This document shows positions 40,946 through 50,019 of a stretch of DNA of 64,000 bases, in pieces. Source of the DNA: Armatimonadota bacterium (GTDB lineage: Bacteria; Armatimonadota; Zipacnadia; Zipacnadales; UBA5352); the NCBI GenBank assembly GCA_050942735.1, contig JBMNNW010000001.1, positions 82,535 to 146,534 on the forward strand. The letters run 5' to 3'. A program made the translations under genes and the position numbers. The stretch's first letter is position 1; each line of letters opens with the position of its first letter. The notes below the pieces were generated by a model that was not told the origin of the DNA, searched no databases, and saw only the letters and a list, made by a program, of their open reading frames with translations.

Positions 40946-42325
40946 ATGGCCGCACGCGACGCGCTTCAGGCCGGAGCCGCAAGCGTTGAGATCACTCCGC
41001 CCGCCGGGACCCAACTCGCGGGTGCTGTCGGCTACCACCGCCCACCACGGGTGGCTCTCGATCCGCTCCAGGCGAAGGCGGTCGCCCTCAAGACCGATCG
41101 CTGCGAGATCTGCGTTGTCGCGATCGATGTGACCATCATCACCGAGGAGTGGACCGAGTACATCCGCGAGCAGGTGTACAAACTCCTCGGCATCGAGCGC
41201 GACGCGATCATGGTTCACGCCACCCAGACACACTCCGCGCCACCGATCGGTCATTTCATGCTCGATCCGGATTTCCCTGAACTGCCCGAGGAGTTCGAGT
41301 GGGTCCGCGGCGGTGATGAGGCGTTCAGCAAGTGGGCGGCCGACCGGGCCGTTGAGGCGATCGTTCGAGCCGCCGAGGACACCGAGCCCGCGGAGATCGC
41401 GGTGGCATCGGGCAGCGACGGCCGCTGGGCCGCGAACCGCCGTGCGGTGACGATGGACGGGGGCATCACGATGGTCACGCGCTCCTGGGAGGCCCCGTCC
41501 GCCGGGCAGACCATCCGCTTCATCGAGGGCCCGACCGATCCGGAGGTCGGGGTCATGGCCCTCCGCCGCGGCACCCTGGATGTCCCGGCCCTGCTGCTGC
41601 ATCACACCTGCCACCCGGTCTGCGTCTTCCCCAGGCCGCTGGTGTCGGCCGACTGGCCGGGAGCGTGGGCGGCGCAGATGCGCGCGATCCTCGGCGACCG
41701 GTGCGTACCGCTGGTCATCAACGGCGCCTGCGGCAACATCAACCCCGCCGATCGCTCGGATCACCGTGCGATGGGGCGCGGACTGGCCGAGACAACCGAG
41801 ATGGTGCTCCCGCGACTGGAGTTCAGCGGCGAGGCCATCCTCCAGTTCCGCCGGATCGAGCTGCCGATCCCGCTGCGCGAACTGACTGACGACGAGCTTT
41901 CGTGGGCGCAGGGGGTGCTCGAGTCCGACCCTGAGCCGCCGTGGGATCCGGACAGGCCCGGGCAGCTTGCGCGCGAGTGGATCGAGGCGGCGAGCACATG
42001 GAGCGTGCATCTGCAGCGACAACGCAACCCGAACCTGAGCTACGAGATCCAGGTGCTGCGTATCGGGGACACGGCGATCGTGGGCCTGCCGGGCGAACCC
42101 TTCGTCGAACTCGGCCTCGCGGTCAAGATGGCCTCACCTTTCCGGCCGACCTTCATCGCGCACTGCACCTCGCACTACGTGGGGTACATCCCCACCGCCG
42201 AGGCGCTCGCGCGAGGCGGGCACGAGTCGGTCACGCGCTACTGGGCGAAGCTCGTGCCGGAGGCCTTCGAGATGATCCGCGGGGAGGCCACGCGCCTCCT
42301 CAGGGAGATCGCCGGCGACGGGTAG
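40946..42325 (+). CDS. Neutral/alkaline ceramidase-family protein, apparently cytoplasmic (no signal peptide)
   Basis: N-terminal VEITPPAGTQLAG block typical of the non-lysosomal ceramidase family; conserved His-rich positions (HATQTHSAPP, LLLHHTCHP); GAGGTGAG RBS. Confidence 0.65.
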   Translation: MAARDALQAGAASVEITPPAGTQLAGAVGYHRPPRVALDPLQAKAVALKTDRCEICVVAIDVTIITEEWTEYIREQVYKLLGIERDAIMVHATQTHSAPPIGHFMLDPDFPELPEEFEWVRGGDEAFSKWAADRAVEAIVRAAEDTEPAEIAVASGSDGRWAANRRAVTMDGGITMVTRSWEAPSAGQTIRFIEGPTDPEVGVMALRRGTLDVPALLLHHTCHPVCVFPRPLVSADWPGAWAAQMRAILGDRCVPLVINGACGNINPADRSDHRAMGRGLAETTEMVLPRLEFSGEAILQFRRIELPIPLRELTDDELSWAQGVLESDPEPPWDPDRPGQLAREWIEAASTWSVHLQRQRNPNLSYEIQVLRIGDTAIVGLPGEPFVELGLAVKMASPFRPTFIAHCTSHYVGYIPTAEALARGGHESVTRYWAKLVPEAFEMIRGEATRLLREIAGDG

Positions 42326-42348
42326 CCACCGACGACGGCCCGCGCCGC

Positions 42349-43404
42349 TCAGTACGCGCCGAAGCGCCGCCCCTCATCGAGCATCGCAAGGAAGTTCGCC
42401 ACGGGGACGTAGTTGGGCACGGAGTTGCCCGTGCCCAGCGCCCAGCCGCCGCCCGGCGCGCACTCCTCGATGACCCGACGGGTATACGCCCGCACCTCGT
42501 CCTCGTCGCAGCGGCTGATCACGTCCATGTCGATCCCGCCGATGATCGCGAGGCGGTCACCGAAGGCGCGTTTGAACTCCGCCACCGGCATGATCGCGTC
42601 CTCGAACGAGTGCTTCGCGTCGATGCCGGTGGCGATCAGATCGTCCATGATCTCCCCGCAGTTCCCGCAGGCGTGCAGCATAACCGGCCTGTCATTCGCG
42701 TGGGCGCACTCCACCAGCCTGGTATGCCACGGGAAGACGTACTCGCGCAGCGCATCGGGGGAGACCATCGTTGCGGTCTTGAACCCGAGGTCATCGTTGA
42801 GCCACAGTGCGCCGATCTGCTCGAAGTCCACCAGTGCCTCGTAGAGCGCAAGCTCGCACTCCCCGACCCGGTCCGCGACCGCTCGCACAAGCCCCGGATC
42901 GTCGGCCAGCATGTAGCACAGCGGCTCATAGCCGACGACGCGGATGAGATTCTCCAGCACCCCGCCCGGCAGCGTCACGACCAGCTTCATGTTCGCGGGC
43001 AGCATCGCCCCCAGCGCCTCGACATCGCTGAAGTCCGCCTGCTCGATCCGGGGCCACGGGTAGGCCTCGAAGTCCTCCCACGAGCCGATCAGCCCGGCGT
43101 GATCGTCTCGCCACGATCTCTTCCCGCGGGAGACCTCGGCCGTGTCATCGGCCGCGCGCTGGCCGGGCCCTGCGAACTGGTAGTTCGCGACGCTGGCGCG
43201 GACGACGTCGTAGCCACATTCGACGGCGAAGTCGATGCGGAACCCTCGCGCGGCCTTCGGGTCCGCGGGCATCTCCCGCCCGAGGACCTGCTGCATGATG
43301 AGCGGGTCGTGGCTGAAGTCGAGGAAGGGCAGGCGGTCGGGTTCGCCCTTGAGCCTCAGCACGGTCAACAATCGGTCGAAGTCGGGCATCCAGACGTCGG
43401 GCAC
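42349..43404 (-). CDS. Uroporphyrinogen decarboxylase (URO-D) family protein
   Basis: URO-D-like TIM barrel blocks (..PVMLHACGNCGEIMDDLIATGIDAKH.., ..GGGWALGTGNSVP..), length 351 aa. Confidence 0.85.
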   Translation of the reverse strand: MPDVWMPDFDRLLTVLRLKGEPDRLPFLDFSHDPLIMQQVLGREMPADPKAARGFRIDFAVECGYDVVRASVANYQFAGPGQRAADDTAEVSRGKRSWRDDHAGLIGSWEDFEAYPWPRIEQADFSDVEALGAMLPANMKLVVTLPGGVLENLIRVVGYEPLCYMLADDPGLVRAVADRVGECELALYEALVDFEQIGALWLNDDLGFKTATMVSPDALREYVFPWHTRLVECAHANDRPVMLHACGNCGEIMDDLIATGIDAKHSFEDAIMPVAEFKRAFGDRLAIIGGIDMDVISRCDEDEVRAYTRRVIEECAPGGGWALGTGNSVPNYVPVANFLAMLDEGRRFGAY

Positions 43405-43495
43405 AGCGGATCACCTCAGCGTACGCGGGCTCGGAGGCAGGCACTCTCCGGCCCCCGGTGGTGGAGAGCCGGGGACTGGTTCTCCGTGACGCAGA

Positions 43496-43522
43496 CCGGG
43501 ACCTGCCCGCGCCTGCCGGGCA
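43496..43522 (-). terminator. Hairpin downstream of pfkB-like gene
   Basis: cctgcccg-N7-cgggcagg inverted repeat just 3-prime (minus-strand sense) of the stop at 43530. Confidence 0.3.
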
Positions 43523-43529
43523 GGGCCGT

Positions 43530-44486
43530 CTATCTCTCGGGCCCGCAGATGATCTCGTGCTCTTCGAGCATCTGCTGGTAGAGGCGCTGCGCCGTCTCCG
43601 GGGAGCCGAGGCCCGTCTCGGGGTCCATCACCGCCGCCGCCCCCGCGGCTGTGCCGAGTCGCACCGCCTCGCGGATAGAGTCGCCCCGGTCGAGCGCGAA
43701 CACGATCCCCGCCACCATCGTGTCACCCGCGCCCACCTTGCTCTCCACCTTCACCGCCGGCGCAGGGATGCGGAGGGCGAGGTCCTCCGTCACGACCACC
43801 GCTCCGCCCGCCCCGAACGAGGTCACGACCACCTCCGCCCTCCCCTCGTCCACCAGAGAGCGCGAGACATCCTCAATCTCCCGCTGGCCCTCGATGGTCC
43901 GTCCCACCAGTTCACCAAGCTCCCGCGCGTTCGGCTTGAGGAGGTAGACGCCCGCACCCAGCGCGTTTCGAAGAGCCGGTCCCGACGTGTCGATGACCAC
44001 GCGTGTGTGCTCGGCGACCTGTCCGATCACGAGCGCGTAGAAGTCATCACCGGCTCCGGGCGGGAGGCTGCCGCTCAGCACCAGGTAGTCCGGCGTTGGA
44101 TCAAGATCGATGACGGCCTGAACGCAGGCGTCCGCCTCATCCGCCTTCAGCTCCGGACCCGGCTCTCCGAAACGGTAGTTCCGGCCGGTCGAGGTTTCCT
44201 TGACCATGATGTGCTCGCGCGTGAGACCGTCAATCCGGACGGGCACGTTCGGGATGCCCTCACGGTCGAGCAGGTCGCGGTACATCTCGCCGGCCGGCCC
44301 GCCACATGTGAAGATCGCCAGCGAATCTCCGCCAAGCTTGCGGATGCCTCGCGCGACGTTGACACCGCCGCCGCCCGGGTCGCGACGGACGCTCTCACAG
44401 CGGAGCTTGACGTCGGGAGTAACGTGGTCGATCGACATTATCCGGTCAACTGCCGGGTTCACTGTCAGAGTAACGATCTGCGACAC
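43530..44486 (-). CDS. PfkB family carbohydrate kinase (1-phosphofructokinase / tagatose-6-phosphate kinase-like)
   Basis: MSQIVTLTVNPAVD start, GG motif (PGGGGVNVA), C-terminal GAGDTMVAG anion-hole motif. Confidence 0.85.
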   Translation of the reverse strand: MSQIVTLTVNPAVDRIMSIDHVTPDVKLRCESVRRDPGGGGVNVARGIRKLGGDSLAIFTCGGPAGEMYRDLLDREGIPNVPVRIDGLTREHIMVKETSTGRNYRFGEPGPELKADEADACVQAVIDLDPTPDYLVLSGSLPPGAGDDFYALVIGQVAEHTRVVIDTSGPALRNALGAGVYLLKPNARELGELVGRTIEGQREIEDVSRSLVDEGRAEVVVTSFGAGGAVVVTEDLALRIPAPAVKVESKVGAGDTMVAGIVFALDRGDSIREAVRLGTAAGAAAVMDPETGLGSPETAQRLYQQMLEEHEIICGPER

Positions 44487-44528
44487 GGCAACAACCTCCC
44501 GTGTGTGAACTGACCCGGACGGTCACCA

Positions 44529-47324
44529 TCAGTCGTCTGTGCGCTCTGCAACTCGGTTCTGCAGCCCGAGGTAGAGCTGACCGAGGATCATCGGGATCAC
44601 GCTCATCCCCAGTATGAGCAGAATCATCGGGCCGTCGGGAGTGAATGTCCCGAAGACCTCCTTGAGCGATGGCACCGTGACCGAGGCGACCAGCAGCGTG
44701 ACGCTCACGGCGAGCGCACCCCAGAGCCAGTGGTTCGTGGTTATCTCATTGATGAAGATGCTCGACTGCCGATCCCGCACGTTGTTTACGTGGAAGAGCT
44801 GTGAGGTGGCAAGGGTGAGGAAGCCGACGGTCACCGCCGCGGGCTTCTCAAGCTCCAGCCAGTTCAGCGCCAGCAGAAACGCCCCAAGCGTCACAAGCCC
44901 GAGGAAGACCCCGAACATGCCGATGTCGCGCCAGTGTTTCGTCGTCAGCACCGGCTCGTCGGCAGGCCGCGGCTTGCGGTCCATCACGTTGCGGGGGCCC
45001 TCGCCGACCCCCAGGGCCAGCGCGGGCAGCACATCGGTGACCAGGTTCATCAGCAGGATCTGCAGCGGCAGCAGCGGCAGCGGCAGGGCCGTCAGCGTCG
45101 CGATGCCGATCGCAACCACCTCGCTGGCGTTGCACGACAGGAGGAACGTGACGAACTTGCGCAGGTTGCTGAAGATGATCCGCCCCTCGCGGACCGCAAC
45201 GACGATCGTGCTCAGCGCGTCATCCTGCAGGATCATGTCCGAGGCCTCACGGGCGACCTGAGTGCCGCGCTGGCCCATCGCCACGCCGATGTCGGCGGTC
45301 TTGAGCGCGGGGGCGTCGTTCACGCCATCGCCGGTCATCGCGACAAGATCCCCCTCGCGCTGGTACAACTGAACGAGGTTCAGCTTCTGCTTCGGGGAAA
45401 CCCGCGCAAAGACCGGTGCGCGCAGAATCGCCTCGCGGTCCTCCTCGCTCAGTTCGTCGGGGTTCTCGAGGATCGAGCCCTCAAGCACGGTCTGCTCATC
45501 GCCGCCATCCTCGTCGGAGATCAGGCCGACCTCGCGGGCCACCGCCTGTGCCGTCATCGCCTGGTCGCCCGTCACCATCACCACGCGGATGCCCGCATCC
45601 CGGCATTCGCGGATGGCCGCCGGCGCATCCGCGCGAGCCGGGTCAATCGTCCCCATCAGCGCCAGTATCCGCAGGCCCTTGTAGACGTCCTCGCCCGGGT
45701 CGTCCGCGTACTTCTCCGCCAGCGCGATCACACGCAGGCCCCGGCGCGCCATCGCTTCGTTCTGCTCAATCCACCGCCCCCGGCGCTCTTCGGTCAATTC
45801 CTCATGCTCATCGCCACGCCGTTCATGTGTCGAAGCGTCGAGGACGGCCTCGGGAGCGCCCTTGATCGCGTAACGGAAGCGGTCGTCCAGCTCGTGCACC
45901 GTCGCCATCATCTTGCGCTCGGGGTCGAAAGGCTCCTCATCCACACGGGGCATCTGCTCCACGAGTGAGTCCGCGTCGAGACCGGCCTTCCGCGCCGCGA
46001 TCAGCAGCGCGACCTCCAGCGGCTCACCGCGCGGCTCGAACTCGTGGTCCGCCTTCTCCCTGAGCGAGGCCTCGTTACACAGCACGCCGATCTCCAGCGC
46101 CGCCCTGAGACCGGGGATCTGCTCAATCTCGACCGCCTCGTCGTCCACCTCGAACTCACCCTCGTCGGTGAGGGGGCCTCCGCTCACGCTGACGACCGTC
46201 TCATTGAGCCGCAACTCCCGCGCCGTCAGCCGGTTCTCGGTGATCGTGCCTGTCTTATCCGTCGCGATGATGCCCGTCGAGCCGAGCGTCTCCACCGCAG
46301 AGAGCCGGTTGATCAGGGCATTGCGCCGCGCCATCCGGAGCATCCCGCGCGCAAGAGCGATCGTCGCCACGATCGGCAGGCCCTCGGGGATCGTTGCCAC
46401 CGCGAGAGCGATCCCCGTCCTGATCATCTCGAAGGGCTCTCGTTCGCGGAGGAGGCCCGCGATCACGACCATGACCACGACCGCCGAGGTAACGATCACC
46501 AGCTTCGTCCCGAGCGTGTTGATCTTCTCCTCGAGCGGCGTGACCATCTTCTCGGCGCTCTCGGCCAGCTCGGAGACGATCCCCAGCTCGGAGTTCATGC
46601 CGGTGGCGATTACCGCGCCCACCGCCGATCCCCGCGTGATCGCCGTGCCCTTGTAGAGCATCGAGGTGCGCTCGGCCAGCGGCGCGTCCTCCCCCACGGG
46701 CTCTGTGGACTTCGTCACCGGCTCGGACTCGCCGGTCAGGGCGGACTCGTCGGCCTGCGTCTTGGAGACACGCACCACCCGCAGGTCGGCGCTGATGATG
46801 TCCCCGGACTCGAGCAGGACGATGTCCCCCGGCACCAGTGCCTCCGCCTCCACCTCATGCTCCGAGCCCTCCCGCAGTACGCGAGATGACACCCGCCCCA
46901 TCCGTTCCAGCGCCTCCATCGAGCGGATCGCTCGAAGCTCCATCACGAAGCCCAGCATCCCGTTGAGCAGGATCACGAACGTGATCGCGAATCCCTCGAT
47001 CGGCTCGCCGAGGTAGAACGCGAGGATGGCCGCCACCGCCAGCACCGCCATCAGCACGTTCTTGAACTGCTCCGCGAGGATTGACCACCACGTTCGGCTC
47101 TTCGCACTGCGAATGCAGTTGGGGCCGTAGCGCCTGCGGCGGCTGCGGACTTCGTCGGCGGAGAGTCCCTGGTCGGGGTCAACGTCAAGCTCGTCGAGGA
47201 TCTCATCCACCGGGCGCGACCACGCCTCCTGCGGCATGTCCCGCTCCTGCTGGCGCTGAGCGTCCGCGTCGAGAAGATCACAGAGATTCTGGTCGGATGT
47301 GTCGAACTCGGCCACCGCATCCAC
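44529..47324 (-). CDS. Cation-transporting P-type ATPase (P2-type, Ca2+/Mg2+-like)
   Basis: DKTGTITEN phosphorylation motif, MTGDGVNDAPAL hinge motif, TGES actuator motif, about 10 TM segments. Start may be the internal ATG at 47237 (MPQEAW...). Confidence 0.95.
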   Translation of the reverse strand: MDAVAEFDTSDQNLCDLLDADAQRQQERDMPQEAWSRPVDEILDELDVDPDQGLSADEVRSRRRRYGPNCIRSAKSRTWWSILAEQFKNVLMAVLAVAAILAFYLGEPIEGFAITFVILLNGMLGFVMELRAIRSMEALERMGRVSSRVLREGSEHEVEAEALVPGDIVLLESGDIISADLRVVRVSKTQADESALTGESEPVTKSTEPVGEDAPLAERTSMLYKGTAITRGSAVGAVIATGMNSELGIVSELAESAEKMVTPLEEKINTLGTKLVIVTSAVVVMVVIAGLLREREPFEMIRTGIALAVATIPEGLPIVATIALARGMLRMARRNALINRLSAVETLGSTGIIATDKTGTITENRLTARELRLNETVVSVSGGPLTDEGEFEVDDEAVEIEQIPGLRAALEIGVLCNEASLREKADHEFEPRGEPLEVALLIAARKAGLDADSLVEQMPRVDEEPFDPERKMMATVHELDDRFRYAIKGAPEAVLDASTHERRGDEHEELTEERRGRWIEQNEAMARRGLRVIALAEKYADDPGEDVYKGLRILALMGTIDPARADAPAAIRECRDAGIRVVMVTGDQAMTAQAVAREVGLISDEDGGDEQTVLEGSILENPDELSEEDREAILRAPVFARVSPKQKLNLVQLYQREGDLVAMTGDGVNDAPALKTADIGVAMGQRGTQVAREASDMILQDDALSTIVVAVREGRIIFSNLRKFVTFLLSCNASEVVAIGIATLTALPLPLLPLQILLMNLVTDVLPALALGVGEGPRNVMDRKPRPADEPVLTTKHWRDIGMFGVFLGLVTLGAFLLALNWLELEKPAAVTVGFLTLATSQLFHVNNVRDRQSSIFINEITTNHWLWGALAVSVTLLVASVTVPSLKEVFGTFTPDGPMILLILGMSVIPMILGQLYLGLQNRVAERTDD

Positions 47325-47555
47325 CTCGTGCTCGCTGCTCTTCGTCCACGGCTCTGGCCGTCAGACACGCGCGACGCAACGCGCCGGCCGCCCGGCCGGG
47401 GGCGGTCCGTCGCGGAAGCGTCGTCGCACACTGCGCCAGTCAGGTAGAACCTTCGTTGTGCGGGCGATCTGTCCTCGTGGGGTCATGAGCATTCCCCGGG
47501 CACGATGCGCCTGTGGATGCCCATGCACGGATGCGACAGGACAGGCGTACACGCG

Positions 47556-47586
47556 GAGGACGGCCGTCTACCGAACGGCCGTCCTC
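47556..47586 (-). terminator. Perfect 12-bp stem hairpin downstream of sulfatase gene (second of two consecutive hairpins)
   Basis: gaggacggccgt-ctaccga-acggccgtcctc; a second imperfect hairpin (gtcgtcggtgag...ctcacgacgac) lies at about 47600-47640. Confidence 0.4.
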
Positions 47587-47657
47587 GCGCTCATGCCTCG
47601 CTCTGCCGTCGTCGTGAGCCGTCGCCTCTCACCGACGACCGGCCAACGTCCTGTCGT

Positions 47658-49145
47658 TCAGTACCATCGCCAGCCCATGCGGCCGGCGTTGAAGCAGTCG
47701 CATTCGGCGAGGGCCTCGTCGCTCGTGATGAGGTCGCCCGACTCGTCGAGGATGTGCCGGTCGTCGTTCTCGCGCACCCAGTCAAGCAGCGCTCCGCGCA
47801 ACTCGGCGACCACCTCAGGCCGCTCGGCCGCGAGATTGTGCAACTCCTGCCGGTCCTCGATCTCGTCGTAGAGCTCCTCGACACCGCCCAGCTCGTGGTA
47901 GACGTACTTCCACTCCAGCGTGCGCACCATGTACCGCTGGTTCGGCGATTCGAGGCACTGGGAGATGTACATCTCACGCACCGAATCGGCGCTTCCGTTT
48001 ACAACGCCCTTGAGGCTCTCACCCATGACCTCGCGCGGCAGCGGATTGCCGGACAGGTCCGCGACGGTCGGGAGAATGTCCTGTAGCCCCGCCAGCGCGT
48101 CCACCGAGCCCTGTGCCGCCACGCCCGGGCCGGCGATGATCAGCGGCACCCCCACCGAGCCCTGGAACATGTTGCACTTGAAGAAGCAGCGGAAGTCGCC
48201 CAGCAGGTCGCCGTGGTCGGACGAGTAGACGATGATCGTGTTGTCAAGCTCTCCGGCGTCCTCGAGGTAGGCCATGATGCTGCCGATGTTGTGATCCTGG
48301 AAGCTCACGAGGCCGAAGTAATGCGCCCGCGAGTTCTGAATCGCCTCCGGCGACATCCGGTCCCACCCGTAGGCCACCGGCCAGTTGCGGTACATCGGAT
48401 CGCGATCGCTCAGCAGGCCGATCTCGCCGACCGGCGGTGGGATCTCGCGCGGATCGTACATCGCGTCCCACGGTCGTGGCGGGTCATAGGGCGCGTGCGG
48501 CTTGGTGAAGGACGCCCACATGAAGAACGGCTGGTCCGGGCTCTCCTGCAGATGGGTGTCGAGATTCGCAATCGCTCGTGTCGCGACCCACGCCTCCTCG
48601 TGAAACTCCTCCGGCAGCGGCGATGCGGCGGCATGCACGTCGTTGTTGCCGATCGCGTGGGCCCGCTCGTAGCCGCCCCAGCCGGTCTGGTAGAGCCAGT
48701 CGTGGTAGTCCTCCAGCCCCTGCGTCTTCCCCGTCGGGTCGAAGCTGGCGATGATCCGCCCTTCCTCACACAGCTCCGCGTGCTGGAAGCCGTGCAGCAG
48801 GCGCGGCTCCCCCGGCGCGGAGTAGGGGACGTAGTGCAGCTTGCCGATCGCGGTCGTCTGATAGCCCGCATCGGCGAAATGCTGCGCGATCTTGATCTGG
48901 TCGTCGCCGATGCGGCCGGCGTTGCCCTTGTTGCCGGTCGCGACGTGCGAGTAGTTCCCGGTCGTGATCGAGGCCCGTCCCGGCACGCAGATCGGGTTGG
49001 GCGTGCAGGAGTTAGCAAAGGTCACTCCGCGCGCGGCGAGGTGGTCCAGATGCGGAGTGTGCACGAACTCGGCGCCGTTGCAGCCCACCGCGTCCCGGCG
49101 CATGTGGTCGGCGGTGATGAGCAATACGTTCGGTCTGTCGGCCAT
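47658..49145 (-). CDS. Sulfatase (arylsulfatase family, Cys-type formylglycine motif)
   Basis: NVLLITADHMRRD metal-binding block and canonical C-V-P-G-R-ASITTG (CxPxR) motif; ATG 49145 with GGAGGGA RBS. Confidence 0.9.
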   Translation of the reverse strand: MADRPNVLLITADHMRRDAVGCNGAEFVHTPHLDHLAARGVTFANSCTPNPICVPGRASITTGNYSHVATGNKGNAGRIGDDQIKIAQHFADAGYQTTAIGKLHYVPYSAPGEPRLLHGFQHAELCEEGRIIASFDPTGKTQGLEDYHDWLYQTGWGGYERAHAIGNNDVHAAASPLPEEFHEEAWVATRAIANLDTHLQESPDQPFFMWASFTKPHAPYDPPRPWDAMYDPREIPPPVGEIGLLSDRDPMYRNWPVAYGWDRMSPEAIQNSRAHYFGLVSFQDHNIGSIMAYLEDAGELDNTIIVYSSDHGDLLGDFRCFFKCNMFQGSVGVPLIIAGPGVAAQGSVDALAGLQDILPTVADLSGNPLPREVMGESLKGVVNGSADSVREMYISQCLESPNQRYMVRTLEWKYVYHELGGVEELYDEIEDRQELHNLAAERPEVVAELRGALLDWVRENDDRHILDESGDLITSDEALAECDCFNAGRMGWRWY

Positions 49146-49293
49146 GTCAGGTGCTCCCTCCTCAGGATGGTGCAGGACAGTTCGCCGCACCGTCTCCCGA
49201 TGCCTTCGTCACTCTGGGGGAGAAGGTCTCGAGGTTCGTCGCGCGAACCTATCAGCGCAGCACCCCCCACCACCGAGCGCGGAGGTGTCGGAG

Positions 49294-50004
49294 ATGCGCA
49301 TCTGCCGAGTGGTCACGCTCATCGTTCTGATCGTCGCGTGCGCAACCGCCTGGTCCGCCGAGGTTCCCGCGGGTCGCCACGGTGTCCTCCTCGATCTGCA
49401 CGGCTACAATCACGCGGGCGCAGTGGTCGTCCCGCTCGCACCGCTCGTGCATTGGCTCGACGCGACCGTCGCGGACGTGGACGGATGGACGGCCGTCATG
49501 CGCGGCGATGACTTCGTCTACCTCCAGCTCCCGAGAAGCCGTCCCGACGGCCTCGGCGCGCTCGTGCGGCTCCGCGACGTCGCGGAGGGGCTGGGCGTGG
49601 ATGTTCGCTACCGCGCGTGGGATGGCGATGAGGGCGCGATGCTCGGGCATATTCCGCACGTCGAGTTGACCGACGGCGACCGCATGGCCCGCGTCATCGT
49701 GCACGCCGCCCCGCCGCAGTTCGTCTCCGCGCTCCTCGCAGACGTCGATCGGGGCGACCGCTGCGTCGCGTGGCTGCTGCGGGTGAGCGCCGTCGCGGGC
49801 GACTGGGCGAAGACGCATGAGCCGCAGTGGCATGAGGAGTTCGGCTTCGGCGAGCAGTACGTCACCGGCGTGCTCCGGCGCGTGGAGGGGCGCTGGCAGT
49901 ATGCGCTGCGCTCGGGCAAAGTCTCACACACTCCCGAGGAACTGGCCGACGCCGGGATCCCCATCGAGATCGCCCGCGCGCTGGGGATGGAGATCGAGGA
50001 GTGA
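49294..50004 (+). CDS. Secreted protein with copper-amine-oxidase N-terminal-like (stalk) domain; function unknown
   Basis: GGAGGTG RBS; signal MRICRVVTLIVLIVACATAWSA; VVPLAPLVHWLDATVADVDGWTAVMRGDDFVYL resembles Cu_amine_oxidN1-type domain. Confidence 0.55.
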   Translation: MRICRVVTLIVLIVACATAWSAEVPAGRHGVLLDLHGYNHAGAVVVPLAPLVHWLDATVADVDGWTAVMRGDDFVYLQLPRSRPDGLGALVRLRDVAEGLGVDVRYRAWDGDEGAMLGHIPHVELTDGDRMARVIVHAAPPQFVSALLADVDRGDRCVAWLLRVSAVAGDWAKTHEPQWHEEFGFGEQYVTGVLRRVEGRWQYALRSGKVSHTPEELADAGIPIEIARALGMEIEE

Positions 50005-50019
50005 GCGCTTCCCGGCCAC

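Noticed and set aside
39869-42022. 717-aa minus-strand ORF covering DUF123, ParB-like and ceramidase genes
   Set aside because: Antisense artefact; + genes have strong RBSs and motifs.
44934-46889. + strand ORFs (344 aa, 281 aa) antisense to the P-type ATPase
   Set aside because: ATPase motifs (DKTGT, GDGVNDAPAL) lie on the minus strand.
47590-47645. M-box (Mg2+) riboswitch upstream of the P-type ATPase
   Set aside because: Only a short GGUGAGAGGC-like segment resembles the consensus; the full conserved M-box core could not be found by eye. Kept only as a low-interest note.
48213-49511. 432-aa + ORF antisense to sulfatase
   Set aside because: Sulfatase CxPxR and metal-binding blocks are on the minus strand.
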